Below, in pieces: positions 56,338 through 64,000 of a DNA stretch of 64,000 bases. The position numbers were made by a program, and so were the translations under genes. The notes under the pieces are model-generated. The model did not search any database and was not told the origin of the DNA. It saw nothing but the letters and a program-made list of their open reading frames with translations. This stretch comes from Candidatus Pacearchaeota archaeon. Lineage in GTDB: Archaea; Nanobdellota; Nanobdellia; Pacearchaeales; GW2011-AR1. How positions within the stretch are numbered: the stretch's first letter is position 1; each line of letters starts with the position of its first letter. Where the stretch lies: assembly GCA_017609205.1 (NCBI GenBank), contig JAFCEL010000001.1:86183-150182 (forward strand), written 5' to 3'.

Positions 56338-58719
56338 ATGAGTAAAAATATGACTGATTTTAAGCCAATTGAAAGAAAATGGAAAGAATTTTGGGAAAAA
56401 GAGAATATCTATAAATTTGAGCCCAATTCAAATAAGAAAATTTTTTCAGTTGATATTCCCCCACCAACAATTTCAGGACGATTGCACATGGGGCATGCAT
56501 TTGGAGATGCACAACAGGATTTTTTTGTAAGATTCAAACGAATGAGAGGATTTAATGTTCTTGTTCCTTTTGGCACAGATGATAATGGACTTCCAACTCT
56601 GAGATTAATTGAAAAAGAGAAGAAAATCGACTCAAGAAAAATGAAAAGAAGTGATTTTATTAACATCTGTTTAAAAACGATTAAGGAAGAATTTATTCCA
56701 CAATTTCTAGAAGATGAAAAAAAACTGGGAATTTCAAATGATTGGGATATATTTTATTCAACAATAGACGAGAGATCAAGAAAAATTTCGCAATGGAGTT
56801 TTATTGATTTATATAAAAAAGGGCGTGCTTATAGATTAAATTCTCCTGCTCTTTGGTGTACAGAATGTCAAACAACAATTGCACAAGTAGAGTTAGAAGA
56901 TAAAGAAGAAGAAAGCACATTTAATGATATAATCTTTAAAGCAGAAGATGGAAGTGATTTAATAATTGCTACGACAAGACCTGAATTCTTGCCTGCCACT
57001 GTAGCATTGTTTTTTAATCCAAAAGATAAGAGATATAAGCATTTAATTGGAAAAAAAGCCAAAGTCCCCTTGTTTAATTATGAAGTTCCAATCTTAACTG
57101 ATAAAAGTTGCGACCCTGAAAAAGGAACAGGGCTTATGATGGTCTGTACTTTTGGAGATCAAGAAGACGTTGAGAAATATTTAACTCATAAACTACCCTT
57201 GAAAGAACTTATCACAAAAGATGGAAAACTTTCATCAATTGCTGGAAAATATAAAGGTATGAATATAAAAGACGCAAGAAAAGCTATTATTGCAGACTTG
57301 AAAAAAGAAAAACTATTAGTAAATCAAAAGAAAATTACTCATGTTGTAAATACTCATGAAAGATGCGGGAGAGAAATTGAATTCCTTCCCCACAACCAGT
57401 GGTTTATTAAATACCTCGATTTAAAAGATGGTCTGATAAAATGGGGTAAGGAAATAAAATGGCATCCTTCTTATATGATTCATAGATATATTAACTGGGT
57501 TAGAGGGCTAAAATGGGATTGGTGCATCTCAAGACAGATTCCCTTTGGAATTCCTTTTCCTGTCTGGTATTGCAAAAAGTGTGGGGATGTTATCCTTGCA
57601 GATGAAAAAGACCTTCCGGTTAATCCTCTCGAAGACAAACCTCCTGTTAAAACCTGTCCAAAATGTAATTCAAAAGAATTCGTTCCTGAAACAGACATTA
57701 TGAACACATGGGCAACTTCTGCTTTAACTCCTACAATTATTAAAGATCTTCTTAAGGGAACAAAAGCTTATGAGAAAATCAAGAATAAACCAATGACAAT
57801 TAGAAGAAACGGGCACGACATTATAACTTTTTGGGATTTTAATACAATTGTAAAATCAAGATTACATTATGGTTACAATCCCTGGGAAGAACTTTTTATT
57901 AATGGATGGATTCTTGACGGAAAAGGAAAAAAGATGTCAAAATCAAAAGGAAATGATATTCCTCCTCAAAAAATATTAGAGCAGTGGGGAGCAGATGTCT
58001 TGAGATACTTATCCGCAGCAGCAAAACTTGGAGAAGACCTGAGTTTCCCAGAAAAAGAATTAACTGCAGGAAAGAAATTCATCACTAAACTAACTAATGC
58101 TACAAAATTTGTTCTAGCAAATCTTAAAGATTACGACGGAAAAAAACCTAAAAAACTAGAGAGGCTTGATGAATTATTTCTAAATCAACTCAATAAATCC
58201 ATAAAAACCTGCACACAAAACTTTGAATCTTATGAATACTCAAAAGCAAAATTTGAAGCAGAAAATTTCTTTTGGAAAAATTTTTGCGATAATTATCTCG
58301 AAATTATAAAGAAGAGAATTTATAATGAAAAAGGCGATAAGAAAAAATCAGCACAATACACCCTCTACCATTCCCTGCTAACAATAATTAAACTAATGGC
58401 TCCTATTACTCCATTTATTACAGAGGAGATTTATCAAAATTACTTTAGGAAATTTGAAAAAGATAAAAGCATCCATATATCTCCTTGGCCAGAAGAAATA
58501 AAAATTAGGGAAGTGGATGAAGAAGAATTTAACTTAATGATAGACATAATCTCAAGAGTTCGTCAGGAAAAAACAAAAGCAAAAAAGCCTATGAATGCTG
58601 AGATTGTTTTGGTGCTAAATAAAAAAGACCAAGAAAAATTAAAAGATATTCTAGAAGATTTAAAAAATGTCGTTAATGCTAAAGAAATAAAACAGGGAAG
58701 TTTTAAAGTAGAATTCTGA
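56338..58719 (+). CDS. valS: valyl-tRNA synthetase (archaeal type)
   Basis: PPPTISGRLHMGHAF (HIGH), GTDDNGLPT and KMSKSKGN. Confidence 0.8.
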   Translation: MSKNMTDFKPIERKWKEFWEKENIYKFEPNSNKKIFSVDIPPPTISGRLHMGHAFGDAQQDFFVRFKRMRGFNVLVPFGTDDNGLPTLRLIEKEKKIDSRKMKRSDFINICLKTIKEEFIPQFLEDEKKLGISNDWDIFYSTIDERSRKISQWSFIDLYKKGRAYRLNSPALWCTECQTTIAQVELEDKEEESTFNDIIFKAEDGSDLIIATTRPEFLPATVALFFNPKDKRYKHLIGKKAKVPLFNYEVPILTDKSCDPEKGTGLMMVCTFGDQEDVEKYLTHKLPLKELITKDGKLSSIAGKYKGMNIKDARKAIIADLKKEKLLVNQKKITHVVNTHERCGREIEFLPHNQWFIKYLDLKDGLIKWGKEIKWHPSYMIHRYINWVRGLKWDWCISRQIPFGIPFPVWYCKKCGDVILADEKDLPVNPLEDKPPVKTCPKCNSKEFVPETDIMNTWATSALTPTIIKDLLKGTKAYEKIKNKPMTIRRNGHDIITFWDFNTIVKSRLHYGYNPWEELFINGWILDGKGKKMSKSKGNDIPPQKILEQWGADVLRYLSAAAKLGEDLSFPEKELTAGKKFITKLTNATKFVLANLKDYDGKKPKKLERLDELFLNQLNKSIKTCTQNFESYEYSKAKFEAENFFWKNFCDNYLEIIKKRIYNEKGDKKKSAQYTLYHSLLTIIKLMAPITPFITEEIYQNYFRKFEKDKSIHISPWPEEIKIREVDEEEFNLMIDIISRVRQEKTKAKKPMNAEIVLVLNKKDQEKLKDILEDLKNVVNAKEIKQGSFKVEF

Positions 58720-58783
58720 TTTTGTTAAAATTGGGAGGTTATTTATTCACCAATTTTATAAACCCTTTTTCTTTGTCTAAATT

Positions 58784-59869
58784 ATGCCATTAACAAAATC
58801 AGAACTTAAAGAAATTATTGAAGAGTTGAGAGAACATAAAGGAAGACATACAGAATTAATCAGCGTCTATATTTCAGAAGGATATGATGTAAATTCTGTC
58901 CAGAAACAACTTGAAGCAGAGAAATCAACAGCGAAAAATATTAAGTCTACAGCCACGAGGAAAAATGTTATTGATGCTTTAGAAAAAATTGTTAGATATC
59001 TTAAAACTTTAAAAAAAACACCTGAAAATGGGCTGGCTCTATTTGCGGGGAATGTTTCAAAAGTTGAGGGACAAAATGATTTGCAATTATGGGCAATTGA
59101 ACCTCCAAAACCCATTAAAGTTCGTCTTTATAGATGCGACAAAGAATTTGTATTAGAGCCTTTGGAAAGCCAGTTAGAAGTTGATGAAGTTTTTGGACTT
59201 CTTGTTATGGACAGAAAAGAAGCAACTATTGGGCTACTTGAAGGAAAAAGAATCGAAGTTTTGCATAAAATGACCTCTGGAATTCCGTCGCAGATTAGAG
59301 CAGGAGGTCAATCCTCTCAGAGATTTCATAGAATCACAGAAGGTTTAACAAAAGAATTCTACAAAAGAATTGCAGAAGAAATGAAAAAATGCTTTTTTAA
59401 CATGCCCAGATTAAAAGGAATCCTCATTGGAGGACCAATTCCAACAAAAGATGAGTTTATCGAGGGAGAGTACATGGTTACAAAACTAAGAGAGAAAATT
59501 ATTGGAAGACTTGACATTGGCGGCTCTGATGAATCTGGATTAAAAGAACTCGTAGAAAAATCCCAAGACATTCTCGCTCAACAAGAGATTATTCATGAAA
59601 AAAGAATTCTAGAAAAATTCTTCAATACCCTTGGAAAAACTCCTGATCTCTCAACCCTAAAAGAATCAGCGACGAGGAAAGCTCTTGAATTAGGTGCAGT
59701 TGATACTCTGCTTTTATCTGAAAATACAAACAAGAAAACAATAAAAGAACTCAAGAAATTGGCAGAGAATATCGGTTCTACAGTTGAGATTATCTCTAAT
59801 GAGACTGAAGAAGGCCAGCAATTCTCAAATCTTGGAGGTATAGGTGCTATTCTCAGATTTTCTGTTTAA
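58784..59869 (+). CDS. prf1: peptide chain release factor aRF1
   Basis: NIKS motif (AKNIKSTATRKNV) and GGQ motif (RAGGQSSQRF). Confidence 0.88.
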   Translation: MPLTKSELKEIIEELREHKGRHTELISVYISEGYDVNSVQKQLEAEKSTAKNIKSTATRKNVIDALEKIVRYLKTLKKTPENGLALFAGNVSKVEGQNDLQLWAIEPPKPIKVRLYRCDKEFVLEPLESQLEVDEVFGLLVMDRKEATIGLLEGKRIEVLHKMTSGIPSQIRAGGQSSQRFHRITEGLTKEFYKRIAEEMKKCFFNMPRLKGILIGGPIPTKDEFIEGEYMVTKLREKIIGRLDIGGSDESGLKELVEKSQDILAQQEIIHEKRILEKFFNTLGKTPDLSTLKESATRKALELGAVDTLLLSENTNKKTIKELKKLAENIGSTVEIISNETEEGQQFSNLGGIGAILRFSV

Positions 59870-59910
59870 GGTTTAATAACTCTTTTAAACATTAATTCTT
59901 TTTCTAAATA

Positions 59911-60435
59911 ATGGTTATATCTTCAAAGACTGCATCAGAAATAGATGAATCAAAAGAGACTGAAAATTTAAAACTCCTTGAAGCAATTCTTTTTGTCTCA
60001 GGAAGATTTTTGCCAATGAGTGAAATCATCTCACTTTCTGATTTGAATCCAATTCTCATTGAGAATCTAATGGGAAAATTAAGGGATAAGTACGAAAAAG
60101 AAAATTCTGCTTTAGAAATTGTTGAAAAAAATGGCTCTTGGAAAATGGATGTGAAAAAAGAGTATTCTTATATTATAAATAAGCTTGCTACAGGCTCTGC
60201 TGAATTTTCAAAAGCAGAACAAGAAACCCTTGCTATAATAGCCTTCAAACAACCGATAAAACAATCAGTAATAATAAAAATAAGAGGTAATAAAGCCTAT
60301 GACCATATTAAGAAATTCTCAGAATTGAATCTAATCAAAAAGAAAAAAATCGGACACACGTATGAACTCTCACTCAGCGACGAATTTTACGATTATTTTA
60401 ATGTAAACGACTCTCAAGACCCCTTAAAAGAATAA
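59911..60435 (+). CDS. scpB: segregation and condensation protein B
   Basis: LLEAILFVSGRFLPMSEI and a second wHTH with LAIIAFKQPIKQSVI. Confidence 0.75.
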   Translation: MVISSKTASEIDESKETENLKLLEAILFVSGRFLPMSEIISLSDLNPILIENLMGKLRDKYEKENSALEIVEKNGSWKMDVKKEYSYIINKLATGSAEFSKAEQETLAIIAFKQPIKQSVIIKIRGNKAYDHIKKFSELNLIKKKKIGHTYELSLSDEFYDYFNVNDSQDPLKE

Positions 60436-60436
60436 A

Positions 60437-61675
60437 ATGGATTTATTAACAATAACTTACTTATTATTCACCTTTTTAGGATTTTACTATTTATCAATAT
60501 TCATTCTTATTTATCTTCAGAACAAAAGATATATGTTTGAATCTTTTGAATCAGACAAAGAATATTCATTAAGTATAGTTATTCCCTGCTTTAACGGAGA
60601 AGACGTAATTGAAGAAACAATTGAAAATCTTGTAAAATCAGACTATAAGGGATTAAAAAAGATAATTGTTGTTGACCATGCAAGTACAGACAATTCTTAT
60701 GAAGTGATTAAAAAATGCGCTGAAAAATATTCAAATGTCGTCGCAATAAGAAAGCCAAAGAATCTTACAGGATTATCTGCAGAAGCTAAAAATTATGGAG
60801 CACGGTTTGTAAAAACAGAACTTATAGGATTTACAGACGATGACTCCTATCCCTCAAAAGACTCTATTTCAAAAATGATCGGAGCTTTTGATGATGAGAA
60901 AGTTGGGGCAATAACCTCAAGAGTTTTAGTAAGAAATAGAGAAAAATTCTTAGCAAAAGTCCAGTCAATAGAATATAAAATCATTGCTTTTACAAGAAAA
61001 CTCTTTGGATTTGTAGATTCAATTTATGTTACTAATGGACCTCTAAGTATTTACAGAAAAAAGGCATTTGATGAAGTAGGGGGATTTGATGAAAAAAACC
61101 TAACAGAAGATATTGAACTAACATGGCATCTGATTCATAATAACTGGAAGGTTCATATGTCTCTTAACTCCATCGTCTATACAAAAGTTCCTGAAAAATT
61201 CAAAGATTGGCTAAAACAAAGATTGAGATGGAATGTTGGAGGAATTCAAACACTCGTTAAATATAAGAAAACAATTTTTAAAAGAGGTATGCTTGGAATG
61301 TTTATAATCCCCTATTTTGCTTTTGCATGGACGCTCGCTATTTTTGGTTTGTGTCTTCTAACATACAGGGTTTCAAAGTATCTTTTTGTTAAATACCTTG
61401 CAGCTTCGTATTCCATTGAGATTCAAACAGCAATCCTTAGATTCAATGAAATAAACCTCTCTCCTTCAGTCTTGTTCTTATTTGGATTAACTCTCCTTGG
61501 ACTAGGAATTTTTTATAATCTAACAGCACTTTCCCATTCTGGAAAAAATGAAAAAGGATTTAAAAAAGAAGGAATATTCAATATTATGATTTATATGTTT
61601 GTATATCTGCTACTATACCCTGTAGTACTGATAACATCAATATATAAATTTTTAAGAAAAGATTTCAAATGGTAA
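60437..61675 (+). CDS. membrane-integrated family-2 glycosyltransferase (processive-synthase-like)
   Basis: SIVIPCFNGED, TDDDS and QRLRWNVGG (QxxRW), flanked by TM helices. Confidence 0.8.
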   Translation: MDLLTITYLLFTFLGFYYLSIFILIYLQNKRYMFESFESDKEYSLSIVIPCFNGEDVIEETIENLVKSDYKGLKKIIVVDHASTDNSYEVIKKCAEKYSNVVAIRKPKNLTGLSAEAKNYGARFVKTELIGFTDDDSYPSKDSISKMIGAFDDEKVGAITSRVLVRNREKFLAKVQSIEYKIIAFTRKLFGFVDSIYVTNGPLSIYRKKAFDEVGGFDEKNLTEDIELTWHLIHNNWKVHMSLNSIVYTKVPEKFKDWLKQRLRWNVGGIQTLVKYKKTIFKRGMLGMFIIPYFAFAWTLAIFGLCLLTYRVSKYLFVKYLAASYSIEIQTAILRFNEINLSPSVLFLFGLTLLGLGIFYNLTALSHSGKNEKGFKKEGIFNIMIYMFVYLLLYPVVLITSIYKFLRKDFKW

Positions 61676-62328
61676 GGTGGTTAAAAAGTCAAAAGCATGT
61701 TTTTTGGGAAGCTTTTTTTGTAGCAGTTGTAATCTTTCTCCTGGGCCTTTTACTTGGGATAAATATTGAAAAAAGTAGAATAGATCTTGTTGAGAATTAT
61801 TATGCACAATCTGAAGTTTCTTTTTTAGATATGATTGCTTTGGACAAATTATCTGGAATTAAAAACTCTGACTGCAATACTTTAACAGAAGCCAATATTG
61901 CTTTTGCAGACAGAATCTATAATGAAGCACTTATTCTTGAAAGATATGACTCTTCAAATACCATAACAGAAGACCTCAAGATTTCGCACAAAAAGTACGA
62001 TTTGTTGAGAGCATTTGTCTGGATGAATTCCTTAGAAATTCTTGATAAATGCGGAAAATCGTTCACGCCTGTAGTATATCTCTATGAATATGAAACAGAA
62101 GACCTAGAAAAAAAAGCAAAACAAACTGTATGGTCAAACATACTAAAAGACTTAAAAGAAGAACAAGGAAATAACATCATCCTTATCCCTATTGCAGTTG
62201 ACAGCAATCTTTCTTCGATAAATGGATTAGTATCTCGATTTAATATAGACTCTTTCCCTGTGGTAATTATAAATAATAAACCAATTTATGAATTAAAAAG
62301 TGTTGAAGAACTAAAAAACTACCTATAA
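61669..62328 (+). CDS. hypothetical membrane-anchored protein
   Basis: N-terminal TM helix. Overlaps the GT2 gene by 7 nt. Confidence 0.5.
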   Translation: MVRWLKSQKHVFWEAFFVAVVIFLLGLLLGINIEKSRIDLVENYYAQSEVSFLDMIALDKLSGIKNSDCNTLTEANIAFADRIYNEALILERYDSSNTITEDLKISHKKYDLLRAFVWMNSLEILDKCGKSFTPVVYLYEYETEDLEKKAKQTVWSNILKDLKEEQGNNIILIPIAVDSNLSSINGLVSRFNIDSFPVVIINNKPIYELKSVEELKNYL

Positions 62329-62374
62329 ACTCTATCACAGCAATATTAAAAAACAAAAGAGAAGATTCTCCTTT

Positions 62375-63103
62375 ATGGAATGTGCAAATTGTGAAAAAAA
62401 CATTGACAGACAAGTTTCTTTTAATGTTATTTCAAAGAAAGGCATAATAAGGGTGTGTAAAGAATGTTTTGAAAAAGAAGATTTTCCATTATTAAAAGAA
62501 AAAAACATAGACCCTGAGTCATTATATTCCAGAAAGTTTATTTTTCAAAGAAAACCCCTCAAGAAAAAAGAAAACCCCGAATTAAAGGAACAGGAGCAAG
62601 AATTAAAAAAAGTAGCGAGCAAGATTTATCTTTCTCAGATCTCTAAGTCCCAACCAGAAGACCTCATAGATAATTTTCACTGGATTATAATGCGTACTAG
62701 AAGAATGAAAAAATTAACCCAAAAACAATTTGCTGAAAAGATAAAAGAGCCAGAGATTGCAATAAAGACTCTTGAAGAAGGGAAGACTCCTGCAAGATAT
62801 AAAGAAATAATAAAGAAAATTGAAACATATCTGGGAATTAATCTTATTAAGAAAAAACAAGAAGACAGCTCTAACAAAGAAGAAAAAAGATTAAAATTCG
62901 ATGACATAACTACAAGAGAACTTACAATCGACGATCTCAGGCAAATGAAAAAGAATAAGGAAGAAAAGATATTTGAAAGGAACATCATGCCACGAGAGAA
63001 ACCAAAAGAAGATGAATCAGAATTTATTCCTACTAAGGAGAAAAAGAAAGAAGGAAGAGGATTAACTCAAGAAGAGATTAATAAAATCATCTTTGGAAAG
63101 TAG
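62375..63103 (+). CDS. Zn-ribbon plus HTH protein (MBF1-like)
   Basis: N-terminal CANCEK...CKEC. Central HTH MKKLTQKQFAEKIKEPEIAIKTLEEGKTP. Lys/Glu-rich tail. Confidence 0.55.
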   Translation: MECANCEKNIDRQVSFNVISKKGIIRVCKECFEKEDFPLLKEKNIDPESLYSRKFIFQRKPLKKKENPELKEQEQELKKVASKIYLSQISKSQPEDLIDNFHWIIMRTRRMKKLTQKQFAEKIKEPEIAIKTLEEGKTPARYKEIIKKIETYLGINLIKKKQEDSSNKEEKRLKFDDITTRELTIDDLRQMKKNKEEKIFERNIMPREKPKEDESEFIPTKEKKKEGRGLTQEEINKIIFGK

Positions 63104-63149
63104 ACCTTACCAACAGAAACTTTTTAAACCAAAATTGTTCTAATTTATA

Positions 63150-63413
63150 ATGGATATTAAAATTCTAAAGAATTCCAAAGATGAAATAGAAGTCGAGGTA
63201 GGGGATTTAACAATTGCAGAAATCCTGAGGGTTTACCTCAATAAAGACCCTTCTGTAATTTTTGCTGCATGGAAAAAAGAGCATCCTACAAAAAACCCTG
63301 TATTGAGGATTAAAACAAAAGGAAAGACTGTGAAGAAATCTATCAACGATGCTATTAACTCTATAACAAAAGAATTAGGCAGAATAGACAATGATTTTAA
63401 AAAATTAAAATAA
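63150..63413 (+). CDS. rpoL: RNA polymerase subunit Rpo11 (L)
   Basis: EIEVEVGDLTIAEILRVYLNKDPSVIFAAWKKEHPTKNPVLRIKT. Confidence 0.8.
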   Translation: MDIKILKNSKDEIEVEVGDLTIAEILRVYLNKDPSVIFAAWKKEHPTKNPVLRIKTKGKTVKKSINDAINSITKELGRIDNDFKKLK

Positions 63414-63449
63414 TACAAATTCTTATTAATTCTCTATTCTTAACCCAAT

Positions 63450-64000
63450 ATGCCTGAAAAAATCTCAACTGGAAGCTATGACCTGAATAGGTGGCTTAGA
63501 GGAGGTTATGAAAAGGACGTAATAACAATGATCGCTGGTCCTCCTGGAAGCGGCAAAACTAATTTTGTAATTTTGACTGCATGCAGTCAGATAAAAAAAG
63601 GGAAGAAAGTTTTATTTATTGATACAGAGGGTGGTTTTTCAATTGAAAGAATTAAGCAAATCATAGGGGAAGGATATGAAAAAATAATAGAGAACATCCT
63701 TTTATTAGAACCTACGAACTTTGAAGAACAAAAAAAATGTTTCTCAAATCTTGTGAAAAAAATGAAAAAAGAGCATATTGGACTACTTATTATCGACGGT
63801 ATGGCTATGCTTTATCGGCTTGAATTGGGTGATGCAATAAAATCCAGAGATGATGAAAAAATTAAACAAGTAAATAGAGAGGTTGCTAAACAAATGAGGG
63901 ATTTGGCTGAAATTGCAAGGAAAAAAAAGATTCCTGTAATAATAACAAATCAAGTTTATTCAGAATTTATAAAAGAAGATGAATGGGGAAACAAAACCGA
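63450..64000 (+). CDS. radB: RadB-type recombinase paralog (3' end beyond the window)
   Basis: ISTGSYDLNRWLRGGYEKDVITMIAGPPGSGKTNF Walker A and FIDTEGGFSIERIKQI. Confidence 0.7.
   Translation, partial: MPEKISTGSYDLNRWLRGGYEKDVITMIAGPPGSGKTNFVILTACSQIKKGKKVLFIDTEGGFSIERIKQIIGEGYEKIIENILLLEPTNFEEQKKCFSNLVKKMKKEHIGLLIIDGMAMLYRLELGDAIKSRDDEKIKQVNREVAKQMRDLAEIARKKKIPVIITNQVYSEFIKEDEWGNKT

Overview
This is an AT-rich, gene-dense window from an archaeon. The archaeal assignment rests on Rpo7/RpoE', Spt4, Rpo11/RpoL, S24e, S27ae, aRF1 (NIKS and GGQ motifs), RadB, class-I CCA-adding enzyme, archease plus RtcB, Sec61-beta, ScpA/ScpB, Dph5/Dph6 and an SRP 7S RNA. Short proteins, tight gene packing and a bacterial-type GroES/GroEL suggest a DPANN-like lineage; this is inference, not a database result. 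Housekeeping content includes IleRS, ValRS, ArgRS, thioredoxin reductase, a MiaB/MtaB-type methylthiotransferase, tRNA-Leu(UAA), two TrmB-family regulators and one Lrp/AsnC-type regulator. Four parts stand out. (1) An accessory block at about 2.4-8.7 kb is divided into three cassettes by four roughly 0.4-kb non-coding islands. The islands are visibly richer in G/C, hairpin-dense, and share sequence blocks. One cassette is a four-gene RiPP-like operon: Cys/Asp-rich precursor, radical-SAM/SPASM enzyme, SAM methyltransferase and HExxH protein. (2) The groES-groEL operon has two unknown genes inserted between groES and groEL with 0-1 nt spacers. One of them is a DUF3883-like nuclease-fold protein. 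(3) A type IV pilus-like locus (32.7-40.3 kb) carries seven pilin-like genes, a FlaI/GspE-type ATPase and a split FlaJ/TadC-type platform protein. (4) A secretome region (31-56 kb) contains two paralogous families of Cys-rich surface proteins. One paralog pair shares a 110-bp, 109/110-identical inverted repeat 10.6 kb apart, which could mediate inversion or gene conversion that swaps their variable C-terminal domains. I saw no CRISPR array, rRNA, transposase, integrase or reverse transcriptase. All family calls come from reading motifs in the translations; no searches were run.
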